Positions 28,080-37,003 of a DNA stretch of 64,000 bases are shown here, one piece after another. The first letter of the stretch is position 1. Every line of letters starts with the position of its first letter. The notes below the pieces were generated by a model. The model did no database searches. It saw only the letters and a program-made list of their open reading frames with translations, and was not told the DNA's origin. This stretch comes from Candidatus Aminicenantes bacterium (GTDB lineage Bacteria; Acidobacteriota; Aminicenantia; Aminicenantales; UBA4085). Made by a program: the position numbers and the translations under genes. The DNA lies in NCBI GenBank assembly GCA_026393895.1, contig JAPKZG010000092.1, positions 6,246 through 70,245 on the forward strand. Reading direction: 5' to 3'.

Positions 28080-28703
28080 CTAAAACCCAATCCCGGCCAG
28101 AAACATGATCGCGCTGTTTTTGATTTTGCTATCGTCGCCGTCTGCCGCCTTCCAACAGTTGCCCAGACCGAACGTATAACGGATGTCGAAGGTGAGGACG
28201 TTTTTGCCGAACGGCATCTCCAAGCCCCCCCCGAAAGCCAGGCCGAAATCCATCCCTTTGATATAATCCAGATCTTCCGAATCGGATTCGTCCCCATACT
28301 CCCCATAGACGGTCGCCCTGATTTTGAAGGCAAGGGCGGGCCCGGCGAAAACAAACACGTTCATGTTCGTGCCCGCGGCGAATGAATATTTGGCCAGAAT
28401 CGGAATTTCCAGATAGGTCAGCCGAAAACCTTGGGTCCCGCCGCCTTCCGACCATTTCGTTCCTTTTTGGACGAGCAACAGTTCCGGCTGAATTGAAAAA
28501 TCATTCGAGATGTTTAAGGTCAGGTATCCGCCCAGGGCGAAACCGATCTTGGCGTCGTTTTTTTCGATATCATCGCCGGTCATGGTCGCAATCACGAGGC
28601 CGCCCTTGACCCCTTTGGCGGTGATTTGAACCGCCTGGGCAGGCGAAACGGTCAGCGCCAGGACAAAGAACAACAGGCCGCACACGATCAGACTTTTTTT
28701 CAT
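28080..28703 (-). CDS. PorT/OMP_b-brl_2-like outer-membrane protein
   Basis: Signal peptide; GVKGG, SIQPEL..QKG, YLEIP, DIRYTFGL; terminal Phe. Confidence 0.85.
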   Translation of the reverse strand: MKKSLIVCGLLFFVLALTVSPAQAVQITAKGVKGGLVIATMTGDDIEKNDAKIGFALGGYLTLNISNDFSIQPELLLVQKGTKWSEGGGTQGFRLTYLEIPILAKYSFAAGTNMNVFVFAGPALAFKIRATVYGEYGDESDSEDLDYIKGMDFGLAFGGGLEMPFGKNVLTFDIRYTFGLGNCWKAADGDDSKIKNSAIMFLAGIGF

Positions 28704-28821
28704 TTAACAAATCTCCATTAATAATCGAGTAGCCGATGACTATATCAATCGGATTATGGATTGTCAACGAAAACGCCCGGAACACGGGGTGAATCGGGGG
28801 ATTCTAAGAAATCGGCCGCCC

Positions 28822-30588
28822 CTAGTCCCTCCGGACTTCAAAGAGGACGGTATTTTCGGCGATCTCCTTCAAACTCCGGCCGGCCGTTCCGCGCGGCAGG
28901 ATCCAGCAATGGGCTTTTTTCCCCTGGAAATAATCCATGGCGTGGGTGATGACCCGGTGCAAGGGAACGCTCTCGCGGACGACCAGGTTGGCGACGATCA
29001 TCAGCCAATTGATCGAATAATGGCTGATGTTCGACCCGCCGCGGAGGAGCTGGGTCACGGACGGTCCGGCGGTTTTCTTCTTGGCGTGGCCGAAGTCAGG
29101 GGCCTCGGGTTTCCCGACTGTCTTGAGTCCGGCCGACCGGGCTGATGCCTTCGCCCAGGCCGCCACCGCCCCGCAGGACGAGATGCGGTCGAAATCGCAA
29201 TCGAAAATATCCATGACCAGCTCGAAGGCCGGTGAAAAACCCGTCTCGACCGGGAGCCGGAACGACGGCTTGAAAACTTCCGACGCTTCGGCCAGGCGGG
29301 GACGGAGAACGGCCGAAGCGGGGGCGTCCGCCGCCGCGGCGGCCTCATAAATCCGGGTGTCGCGGCGCACGTTCCTGATGTCCGAAAAAACCCCCCGCGG
29401 CAGATGCCAGCAGACGGCCTTGTCGACGCCGAAATATCCGATCGTGAAGGCCGCCGCCTTCTCCCGCGGCAGCCGGGCGCAGGTGAAGCAATTGGCCGCG
29501 GCCACGTTCCCGAACCGGCGGTAATTGATGGCGCTCGTTTCGATGTACTGGACGAGCGTATCGCCGTCGCCCATTTCGGGATTCGAAACCATCGGTTCGC
29601 CGAAGGGAATCATATCGATCGCCTTGCAGAGATCGCGGCTCCATTTGCCGACCTGTTTGAGGGAAGGTTTCTTTTTTTCGGGGAGGACGAAGTCCAGGGC
29701 GATTTCCTCGCCGTATTTGTCGATCTCGAGCCGCCGTTGAAACTCCGGGTACGGAACGGCTGAAATATCGGGCGAATACCAGCTGGTTTTGATCCCAGCG
29801 GCCTTGAAATTGCGCCGGGCGTTACGCTCGGCGAACCTGAACGTGCGCCTCCCACGCGATCCCGCGGTCAGGCTGAACGGCCCGCCCATGTAGCTGACGT
29901 TGGTGAATTGGACGACCCGGACATCGTCAAAAATGCACTCCATCTGCCGCCAGCTCCCCGGGGCCTCGAAGGGCTGAAGGAGAAGGGCGCCGGTCTGGTG
30001 GATGGTGATGCCGCCTTCGCGGAGGGCGGCGTAGACGCTCTCGTAAAAACTGGTGTCGAACAGGCTCCGGGCCGGGCCGATGGGATCGGTCGAGTCGATG
30101 ATAATCACGTCGCATTGGCCCTTCATCTTCCGGATAACCTCGGCTCCGTCGCCGATGATCAGATGAAAACGGGAGTCGTTCCAGATCCCCCCGGAAATCG
30201 CCGGCAGGTGCTCGCGGCAGGTGTCGACGACGACCTGATCGATCTCGGCCATCGTCACGCTCTTGACACCGGGATGGCGGAGAACCTCCCGGGCCACGCC
30301 GCCGTCGCCACCGCCGATAATCAGGACGTTTTCCGGCGTTTTTTCCCGGGCGAACAACGGCCAGAGGCCGATCCACTCGTGATAAATGCCCTCGTCCTCC
30401 TCGGTCAGCTGGACGATCCCGTCCAGAACGAGGACGCGCCCGAACCTCTCGGTATCGAGAATCATCAGCTTCTGAAAACCCGTCGGTTTTTCGGGAACGA
30501 CGACCCGCTTGACCTTGAACCCGTAGGTCACGTCCGTATAGAGGTCTTCGTAGAACCAGAGTTCCTTGCCGCGTTTCACCAGGCCCAT
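28822..30588 (-). CDS. speE: Spermidine synthase (aminopropyltransferase) fused to two tandem SpeD/AdoMetDC-like domains
   Basis: LDGIVQ..DE.IYHE, VLIIGGGDGG, EID, IIDSTDP; then two ~110-aa repeats ending CWxLPRG, with QYIETS/FTC and GPS/ISHY motifs. Start ATG 30588 after AAGGA. Confidence 0.88.
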   Translation of the reverse strand: MGLVKRGKELWFYEDLYTDVTYGFKVKRVVVPEKPTGFQKLMILDTERFGRVLVLDGIVQLTEEDEGIYHEWIGLWPLFAREKTPENVLIIGGGDGGVAREVLRHPGVKSVTMAEIDQVVVDTCREHLPAISGGIWNDSRFHLIIGDGAEVIRKMKGQCDVIIIDSTDPIGPARSLFDTSFYESVYAALREGGITIHQTGALLLQPFEAPGSWRQMECIFDDVRVVQFTNVSYMGGPFSLTAGSRGRRTFRFAERNARRNFKAAGIKTSWYSPDISAVPYPEFQRRLEIDKYGEEIALDFVLPEKKKPSLKQVGKWSRDLCKAIDMIPFGEPMVSNPEMGDGDTLVQYIETSAINYRRFGNVAAANCFTCARLPREKAAAFTIGYFGVDKAVCWHLPRGVFSDIRNVRRDTRIYEAAAAADAPASAVLRPRLAEASEVFKPSFRLPVETGFSPAFELVMDIFDCDFDRISSCGAVAAWAKASARSAGLKTVGKPEAPDFGHAKKKTAGPSVTQLLRGGSNISHYSINWLMIVANLVVRESVPLHRVITHAMDYFQGKKAHCWILPRGTAGRSLKEIAENTVLFEVRRD

Positions 30589-30846
30589 GGCCGTTGTCCT
30601 TTCCTTGAAATCCGATGGAGCCACATTATAGCGAAACCCCGCCGGCGCGCAATGCCCCCACAATTGCCGATAGCGGATATTTCCCCCGGAGATATTCCCG
30701 AACGGGATGCAAATCGGAATTCCAGGGACATGAACGAAATCTCTTGATTTCGTATCGTGTCCCGGAATTCCTCAACCTGGGCTTTCCCGTCCTTGCTTTC
30801 CCGCACTGGTCGCGTTATGATTTTACCGTCCGACAGGAGAAAACCG

Positions 30847-31404
30847 ATGAAACGCATCTCCTTTGCTTCCGGGGCCGCTTTTGCGGCGGGCGTGGTCCTG
30901 ATTTGTCTGGGACAAACGGGCTGCAAGTCCTACAATGACCAGCAAATCAAAGCGTCCCTCGAAATCGTCGACGTGAACACCAGCTGGACGATGAAGGAAT
31001 ACCGGCAGTGGCCGAATCCCAAACTGACCCTGGTCCCGACCGTGACCTTCCGGCTCAAGAACAACTCGGCCGAAATCCTCCGCTTCATCAACGTCAACGC
31101 CATTTTCAAAGAGTTGAATGCCGTCGAGAATTTGGGCGATTGTTTCAGGGCCGCCATCCGGAGCGAAGGCCTTGCCCCGGGCGCGACCAGCCCGCTGATC
31201 ACCTTGAAATCCAATTTCGGAATCGCCGGGACGAACCTCGAATCCTTTAAAATCAACCCCCAATGGCGGACGTATTACGTTAAGCTCTTCATCCAGATGG
31301 GAGGCCCGCGTCACGTTCCCATGGGCGAATTCCGCGTCTCCCGGCAGATCGATTTTCAGGAAGACAAGGCCGTCTACCAGGAGAAGAAACCCGCCGGGAA
31401 ATGA
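30847..31404 (+). CDS. Hypothetical exported protein, possible lipoprotein
   Basis: Signal-like N-terminus with ..TGC; host codon usage. Confidence 0.7.
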   Translation: MKRISFASGAAFAAGVVLICLGQTGCKSYNDQQIKASLEIVDVNTSWTMKEYRQWPNPKLTLVPTVTFRLKNNSAEILRFINVNAIFKELNAVENLGDCFRAAIRSEGLAPGATSPLITLKSNFGIAGTNLESFKINPQWRTYYVKLFIQMGGPRHVPMGEFRVSRQIDFQEDKAVYQEKKPAGK

Positions 31405-31419
31405 CGGCCGGACCGGCGG

Positions 31420-32400
31420 TCAGCTTTTGTCTTCGAACGGGTTGGGTTTGAGAATCTTGATGTAATTCTTCGTTTTGATTTCGGCCAGGAACTTCTGGAC
31501 TTCCACGTTCTGTTTTTCTATACCGATTTTTTCGGTGATCGAACCCCGGGCTTCATCGAACGGCAGAACGCGACTGTCCTTCCGGTCCTCCACCTGAAGC
31601 AAGTACCATCCGTTCTTGTTCTGGACCCAGGACGTCACCTCGCCCTTTTTCAGCGGTTTGACGGCCGCGAGCAAGGTCTTGTCGAGTTCGTTTTCTTTGA
31701 ACGTTCCCAGACTGCCCTTGGCCTCCTTGAGGGGTTCGTCGGAATCGGTTTCCGCAACCGTTTCGAACGGCGTTCCGGACTTGACCTTCGCCTCGATCTC
31801 GGCTTTCCGCGCTTCCAGGGCGGCGGCTTCCTTGTTCTCAATCGTCAAATAGACCGCCCGCAGTTGATATTCGTCCGGAACGACGAATTCGTCCTGGTGT
31901 TTCTTGTAATAATCCACGATTTCCGCGTCGTCGATCACGACCTTCCGGCCGACCTCGTTGCGGAGGACCGCCTCCCGCATGATCCGCTTCTCCATCGTCC
32001 CGATCCAATCGTCGTAATTGTAGCCTTGCTGAGACAGGGCTCGTTTGAATTCGTCGTCGCTTTCGATCTCGTTGGTCTTCTTGATGTTCTCGACGATCAT
32101 TTTCAACTGGTCCGTAACGTTGATGTTCATCGTTTTGGCCATCTGGAGGAGCAGAACGTCCGTGATCATTTCGTCGAGGATGTGGGTCTTGACGAATTCG
32201 ATCGCCTTGTCCAGGGCTTCTCCCTTGTACTGCGCCTGGGCCGCCTGGAGGCGTTCATCGTATTCGCGCTTGAACTCCGAAAGGGTGATGGCTTCGTCGT
32301 TGACGATCGCGACGATTTCCTCGACGACCTGCTGGGCCGAGCCGAAAACGGCCGCGCCGAGAAGAAGGATTCCGGCCAGGATGGTTTTACGCTGCAACAT
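31420..32400 (-). CDS. SurA-like peptidyl-prolyl isomerase/chaperone
   Basis: IVAIVNDEAITLSE, F..VA..DSD, GSLG.F; start ATG 32400. Confidence 0.88.
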   Translation of the reverse strand: MLQRKTILAGILLLGAAVFGSAQQVVEEIVAIVNDEAITLSEFKREYDERLQAAQAQYKGEALDKAIEFVKTHILDEMITDVLLLQMAKTMNINVTDQLKMIVENIKKTNEIESDDEFKRALSQQGYNYDDWIGTMEKRIMREAVLRNEVGRKVVIDDAEIVDYYKKHQDEFVVPDEYQLRAVYLTIENKEAAALEARKAEIEAKVKSGTPFETVAETDSDEPLKEAKGSLGTFKENELDKTLLAAVKPLKKGEVTSWVQNKNGWYLLQVEDRKDSRVLPFDEARGSITEKIGIEKQNVEVQKFLAEIKTKNYIKILKPNPFEDKS

Positions 32401-32410
32401 GATGCCTTCC

Positions 32411-33388
32411 TTATCTGTTTCTTGAGTATACGAACGGAAGATTCTCCGCGGTAACCTTCCATAACATCGTTTCTTTAAGGGAAACGATATGGGCGTCGAT
32501 CGCCGTTTGGTTTCTTTGTTCGATGAGTTTGGCCTCGATGAGAGGGGCGGCCTCGTCCGGAGGCCTGAGCCGCGGTTCGAATTTTCGGTCAAGCCGGAAA
32601 ATATGGAACCCGTAAGGCGATTGGACCACCTGGCTGATTTGGCCTTCCTTCAGGGCGAAAATGACTTTTTCCAGTTCCAGGGGGAGCTGGCCGAGACTGA
32701 AGACGCCCATCAAACCGCCGCTTGCCGCCTCGGGGCCCTCCGATTCGGCCCGGGCGACCTGCCGGAACTCTTCTTCGCCGGCGGACCGGAGTTTTTCAAT
32801 GACCACGCTCGCTTTGCCTTCCGCCGACAGGAGGATTTGACTGACCTGGAGGCGCTCCGGTTGAAGGAATTCGTTCTTGTGGGCTTCATAATAAGATGCG
32901 ACTTCATCCTCGGCGACGACAATGCCCCTGACCTGCAACGTCAGGTATTTTTCGACAAGCACGCCTTCCAAAAAATCCTCCGGGTTGGCATCGGTCGCGG
33001 GGGCGTTCTCCCCGCCCCGATTCAATCGGAAAGCGTCCAGGGATTTTGATTTTTCTTCCCCGCTCAAGTCGATCCCCCGGGAAGCGGCCCGGCGGACGAT
33101 CAGCTTCCGGTCGATAAAATCATCAAACAGCCGGCCGGCCGCCTCGGCCGTCAGGGCGACCTCGGAGTCGCCGACCGTTAAATAAGCGAACCGGGCGAAA
33201 TCGGCGTTGGAATAGGAGACGTCTTCAATCGTCAGGACCGGGAGCGCGGCCTTTTTCGGATCATCCAGGCGGAATCCCTCCGCCAGGGGCGGAGAAACGG
33301 CTTTTTCCCCGCAGGCGCCCGTTCCCAGGCAGCAAACGGCCGCCGACGTTAAAACGAGCGCGGACAGGACGTTCCGGTGTTTGTTCAT
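32411..33388 (-). CDS. PpiC/PrsA-type peptidyl-prolyl isomerase
   Basis: SQIL, F..VAR..SE.P....GG.MG, SPYGFHIF. Confidence 0.85.
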   Translation of the reverse strand: MNKHRNVLSALVLTSAAVCCLGTGACGEKAVSPPLAEGFRLDDPKKAALPVLTIEDVSYSNADFARFAYLTVGDSEVALTAEAAGRLFDDFIDRKLIVRRAASRGIDLSGEEKSKSLDAFRLNRGGENAPATDANPEDFLEGVLVEKYLTLQVRGIVVAEDEVASYYEAHKNEFLQPERLQVSQILLSAEGKASVVIEKLRSAGEEEFRQVARAESEGPEAASGGLMGVFSLGQLPLELEKVIFALKEGQISQVVQSPYGFHIFRLDRKFEPRLRPPDEAAPLIEAKLIEQRNQTAIDAHIVSLKETMLWKVTAENLPFVYSRNR

Positions 33389-33408
33389 CTGACTCGTAAT
33401 TTTATATT

Positions 33409-36400
33409 CTATCCCATCCCTATCAACTCCAGCAAGAGCCGGGCGGTTTCACGGAGGATTTCGGCGTCCTTGGGAGACCGCAACGGCAGGCTCATGACGC
33501 CCTGCGGGGTCATCGATCCCCGGGTTTTGTTCAGAACGGCCGAAATCCGGGCCGGGTCGACATCCGTCGAAGGCTGGAACCTCAAAATGAGCCGGTGGTC
33601 GATTCGGTCGACGGCCGCGAGTTTCAGACGCTGGGCCAAGTGCTTGATCCGGCCGTAATGAAGGAGATGGTCGACGCTTTGCGGCGGAGGGCCGAAACGG
33701 TCCCGGATTTCCTCCTCGAGCGCCCGCACCTCGTCCAGGTCGGCGGCTGAGGAAATCCGCTTGTACAGGTTGAGCCGGACGTTCATGGCCGGTATATAGG
33801 CCTCGGGGATACGGACTTCGACCCGGAGGTTGATTTCGCACCGGGCGTCCTCGACCGCTTCGCCCTTGAGTTCCTTGATCGCCTGTCCGAGAAGATGGAT
33901 GAAATAATCATACCCCACGGCCTCCATCGTCCCGTGTTGCTGTTCGCCGAACAGATGCCCGGCCCCCCGGATTTCCAGGTCCTTCATCGCCAGGCGGAAC
34001 CCGGACCCCAGTTCGCTGAATTCCTTGATGGCCTCAAGCCGCTTCCGGGCGATCGGAGTGAGTTCCGAAAAGGGAGGCACGAGAAAGTAGGCGAATGCCT
34101 GGCGGGAGGAACGGCCGACCCGGCCGCGCAATTGATAGAGCTGGGCCAGGCCGAAATGATCGGCCCGGTGGACGAGAAGCGTGTTGACCAGGGGGATGTC
34201 TATCCCGTTTTCGATGATCGTCGTCGAAATGAGGACGTCGTGCTTCTGATTAATGAAATCGATCATCCTCTTCTCGAGTTCGGCCGGGGCCATCTGCCCG
34301 TGAACCGTCACAAGGCGCGCCTCCGGGACCCATTCGCGGATTTTCGCCGCCAGCGTGTCCATCTCCTCGATTTTGTTGAGAATGTAATAGACCTGGCCGC
34401 CGCGCGCGAGTTCCTGCTTGATCGCCCCCGTGATCAGCCGCGGGGAGAACGTCGTCACGACGGTATGGACGGCCAGGCGGTCCTTGGGCGGCGTTTCGAT
34501 CAGGCTGATGTCGCGGAGGCCGGTCAACGAAAGGTTGAGGGTCCGGGGAATGGGCGTGGCCGTCAGCGTCAGGACGTCGACGCTGGCCGTCAAGTGCTTG
34601 ATTTTTTCCTTGTGGGAGACGCCGAAGCGTTGTTCCTCATCGACGATGAGCAGGCCGAGGTCGCGGAAAGCGACGTCGGCCGAAAGGAGACGATGCGTTC
34701 CGACGACGACGTCGACCCGGCTGTTCTTCAGCTCGTCCAAGATTTTTCGCTGCTCGGCCTTGGACTGGAACCGGGTCAGGGCCGCGATGCGGACGGGAAA
34801 CAGGACCATCCGCCCGGAAAACGTCTTGAAATGCTGGCTGGCCAGAACGGTCGTCGGGCAAAGAACGGCGACTTGCTTTCCGTCCATGACCGCTTTGAAC
34901 GCGGCCCGGATCGCGACCTCGGTTTTGCCGTAGCCGACGTCGCCACAGAGAAGCCGGTCCATGGGGACGTCGGTTTCCATATCCGTCTTGATATCCCCGA
35001 TCGAACGGAGCTGGTCCTCGGTTTCCTCGAATTCAAACGTCTTTTCGAATTCCTCCTGCCAGCTCCCCTCCGGGCTGAAGGCGAATCCCTTGATGGATTT
35101 GCGCTGGGCGTAAAGTTCCAGAAGCTCATGGGCCAGTTTTTGAACGGCCTTTTTCGTCCGTTCCTTGGTTTTCTGCCAGTTGCCGGTGCCGAGTTTGTCG
35201 AGGAGGGGAAGCCCGGTTCCGACGGGCGTGTATTTCTGGACGAGGTTTAAATCCTCGACGGGAACGAACAGGGTGTCGTCGTCCCGGTAGCCGAGTTCCA
35301 TGAATTCGGCCGGGCGGCCTTCCACGTCCATTTTGACCAACCCCCGGAAAACGCCCACGCCGTAATCGGCATGGACGATGTAATCGCCGGCCTTGAGGTC
35401 CTGGAATTGGGTGATGGTCGGCCGGGCCGCGGGCCGGGCGGCGATGATCCGTTCCTCGGTGAGGATGTCCTCCTCGGCGTAGAAATACACCTTTTCCCGC
35501 GGATAGCCGAACCCGCGCTCGAGATCGCCCAGGCAGAGGCAGATCTCGCCGCTTGAGGCGGCCACCAGAGGCGAATCCGCCTCGAGCGAGGGAATTTCGC
35601 GCGTCGCGAGCAAGGCGCCGATTTTCTTCCGGATCTGGGCGGTGGACAGAAAAATCACGCAGCGGTCGCGTTCCTCGTGAACCCGCCGCATCGTCTCGAG
35701 AAAGAAAAAGATCTTGTTATCGAACCGCGGCACGGGTTGGAAACCGAAGGCGAACTCCCGGCGGTTGTCGGCGGATTCGAGCTCCCCGCAGAAAACGGCT
35801 TCGGCCCGGAGCCGCGCGTAGAGAGCGGTTGGATAAATCGCCTCGAGCGGAGGCGCGTCCGTCCTCGTTTTTCTAACGGCCGTCTCCTGGGCCCGAAGGT
35901 CGGTCATCACCTCGTCCCATTCCTTTTCGATTTCCTCCGGATGATCGAAGACGAAAACCGCGTCCGAAAGATATCGGGAAAACGGGACGGACGATGGGTC
36001 CGGGCCTACCGGCGCTTCCGCAAGCGAGGGAACGAGCGTGCTGTCCGTCTGGTGGACGGCCCGTTGGGTGGAAGGGTCGAACTCGCGGAGCGAAACGATC
36101 CGGTCGCCGCCGAATTCAACCCGAACCGGATTTTTTTGCCAGGGGGAAAAGACGTCGACGATTCCGCCCCGGAAGGCGTATTCGCCCCGGAACGAGATCA
36201 AATCCTCCCGGGCATAGCCGAAAACCGCCAGGCGTTCGATCAAACGGTCCCGGTCAAAGTCGGCGTTCTTGTTCAAGCGGAGGAAAAGATCCGGCAGGCG
36301 CTCCGGGCCCGGAAACGGCCGAAGGAGCCCGAAGAGACTCGTCACGGTCAGGACCGGCGGGCGGCTCAACAGGTCGAAAAAATACCTCATCCGGGAAGCG

Positions 36401-36750
36401 ACCGCGTCCAGCGACGGGGCGGCGCCCTGGTAGGGATTTTCAGACAAGGCCGGCAGGTTCCGGACGATTTTTGTCGAGCCGAGCTGACGGATGAAAAAGC
36501 GGGCCCGGTCCTCAAATTCGGCCAAGGGCCGGGAGGCCGGACGGACGAACACGACCCGTTTCGGGCCGGAAAGAGCGAGCTGGACGAAAAGATACGGAAC
36601 GGCCGCCTCCGTCAGTCCGGAAATCGAGAGGCGCGGCCGGTCCTCCGCCGCAAACAGCGAGGCCTGCCCGTCCGGGCTTTTCGGAAGAGACGACACCGCC
36701 CGGACGAGGTCCTTGAATTCGGCCGTCTCCTTCAGGAAATCTAAACTCAT
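33409..36750 (-). CDS. mfd: Transcription-repair coupling factor
   Basis: RGGIVDVF, CGDVGYGKTEVA, DEEQRFG, TATPIPRTL, QLRGRVGR, TRCF C-terminal domain. Confidence 0.97.
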   Translation of the reverse strand: MSLDFLKETAEFKDLVRAVSSLPKSPDGQASLFAAEDRPRLSISGLTEAAVPYLFVQLALSGPKRVVFVRPASRPLAEFEDRARFFIRQLGSTKIVRNLPALSENPYQGAAPSLDAVASRMRYFFDLLSRPPVLTVTSLFGLLRPFPGPERLPDLFLRLNKNADFDRDRLIERLAVFGYAREDLISFRGEYAFRGGIVDVFSPWQKNPVRVEFGGDRIVSLREFDPSTQRAVHQTDSTLVPSLAEAPVGPDPSSVPFSRYLSDAVFVFDHPEEIEKEWDEVMTDLRAQETAVRKTRTDAPPLEAIYPTALYARLRAEAVFCGELESADNRREFAFGFQPVPRFDNKIFFFLETMRRVHEERDRCVIFLSTAQIRKKIGALLATREIPSLEADSPLVAASSGEICLCLGDLERGFGYPREKVYFYAEEDILTEERIIAARPAARPTITQFQDLKAGDYIVHADYGVGVFRGLVKMDVEGRPAEFMELGYRDDDTLFVPVEDLNLVQKYTPVGTGLPLLDKLGTGNWQKTKERTKKAVQKLAHELLELYAQRKSIKGFAFSPEGSWQEEFEKTFEFEETEDQLRSIGDIKTDMETDVPMDRLLCGDVGYGKTEVAIRAAFKAVMDGKQVAVLCPTTVLASQHFKTFSGRMVLFPVRIAALTRFQSKAEQRKILDELKNSRVDVVVGTHRLLSADVAFRDLGLLIVDEEQRFGVSHKEKIKHLTASVDVLTLTATPIPRTLNLSLTGLRDISLIETPPKDRLAVHTVVTTFSPRLITGAIKQELARGGQVYYILNKIEEMDTLAAKIREWVPEARLVTVHGQMAPAELEKRMIDFINQKHDVLISTTIIENGIDIPLVNTLLVHRADHFGLAQLYQLRGRVGRSSRQAFAYFLVPPFSELTPIARKRLEAIKEFSELGSGFRLAMKDLEIRGAGHLFGEQQHGTMEAVGYDYFIHLLGQAIKELKGEAVEDARCEINLRVEVRIPEAYIPAMNVRLNLYKRISSAADLDEVRALEEEIRDRFGPPPQSVDHLLHYGRIKHLAQRLKLAAVDRIDHRLILRFQPSTDVDPARISAVLNKTRGSMTPQGVMSLPLRSPKDAEILRETARLLLELIGMG

Positions 36751-36769
36751 GGGAGCGAACGGACATTAT

Positions 36770-36828
36770 ACGTACGGAGACAGCCAGGAACAACCGCGGC
36801 GCGGTTGTTACTGGCTGTCTCCGTACGT
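36770..36828. repeat. Near-perfect 59-bp palindrome (28-bp stem, 1 mismatch, 3-nt loop)
   Basis: ACGTACGGAGACAGCCAGGAACAACCGC-GGC-GCGGTTGTTACTGGCTGTCTCCGTACGT. Confidence 0.9.
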
Positions 36829-36942
36829 CCTCTATTGTGCCTTGACAATCAGGACGAGGGGCGAAGGTGCATGACAATGATAAATTCGGGGCCGCATCAC
36901 TATGTTCCAAGTAAAAGTAGTTAACTGCCGTGAGGCTCGCCG

Positions 36943-37003
36943 CTATAACGTAGCGTTTCAGCGGTACCCGCTCGCGGGCGTTCCCTGCAAGCGCTTGTTA
37001 GTC
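36943..37003 (-). mobile_element. attC site (distal cassette)
   Basis: GACTAAC-AAGCG-CTTGCAG...GCTGAAA-CGCTAC-GTTATAG. Confidence 0.85.

Noticed and set aside
36770-36828. Hairpin as a fifth functional attC or an intrinsic terminator
   Set aside because: The AAC..GTT spacing is far too short, there are no L boxes or extrahelical bases, and there is no U-tract.
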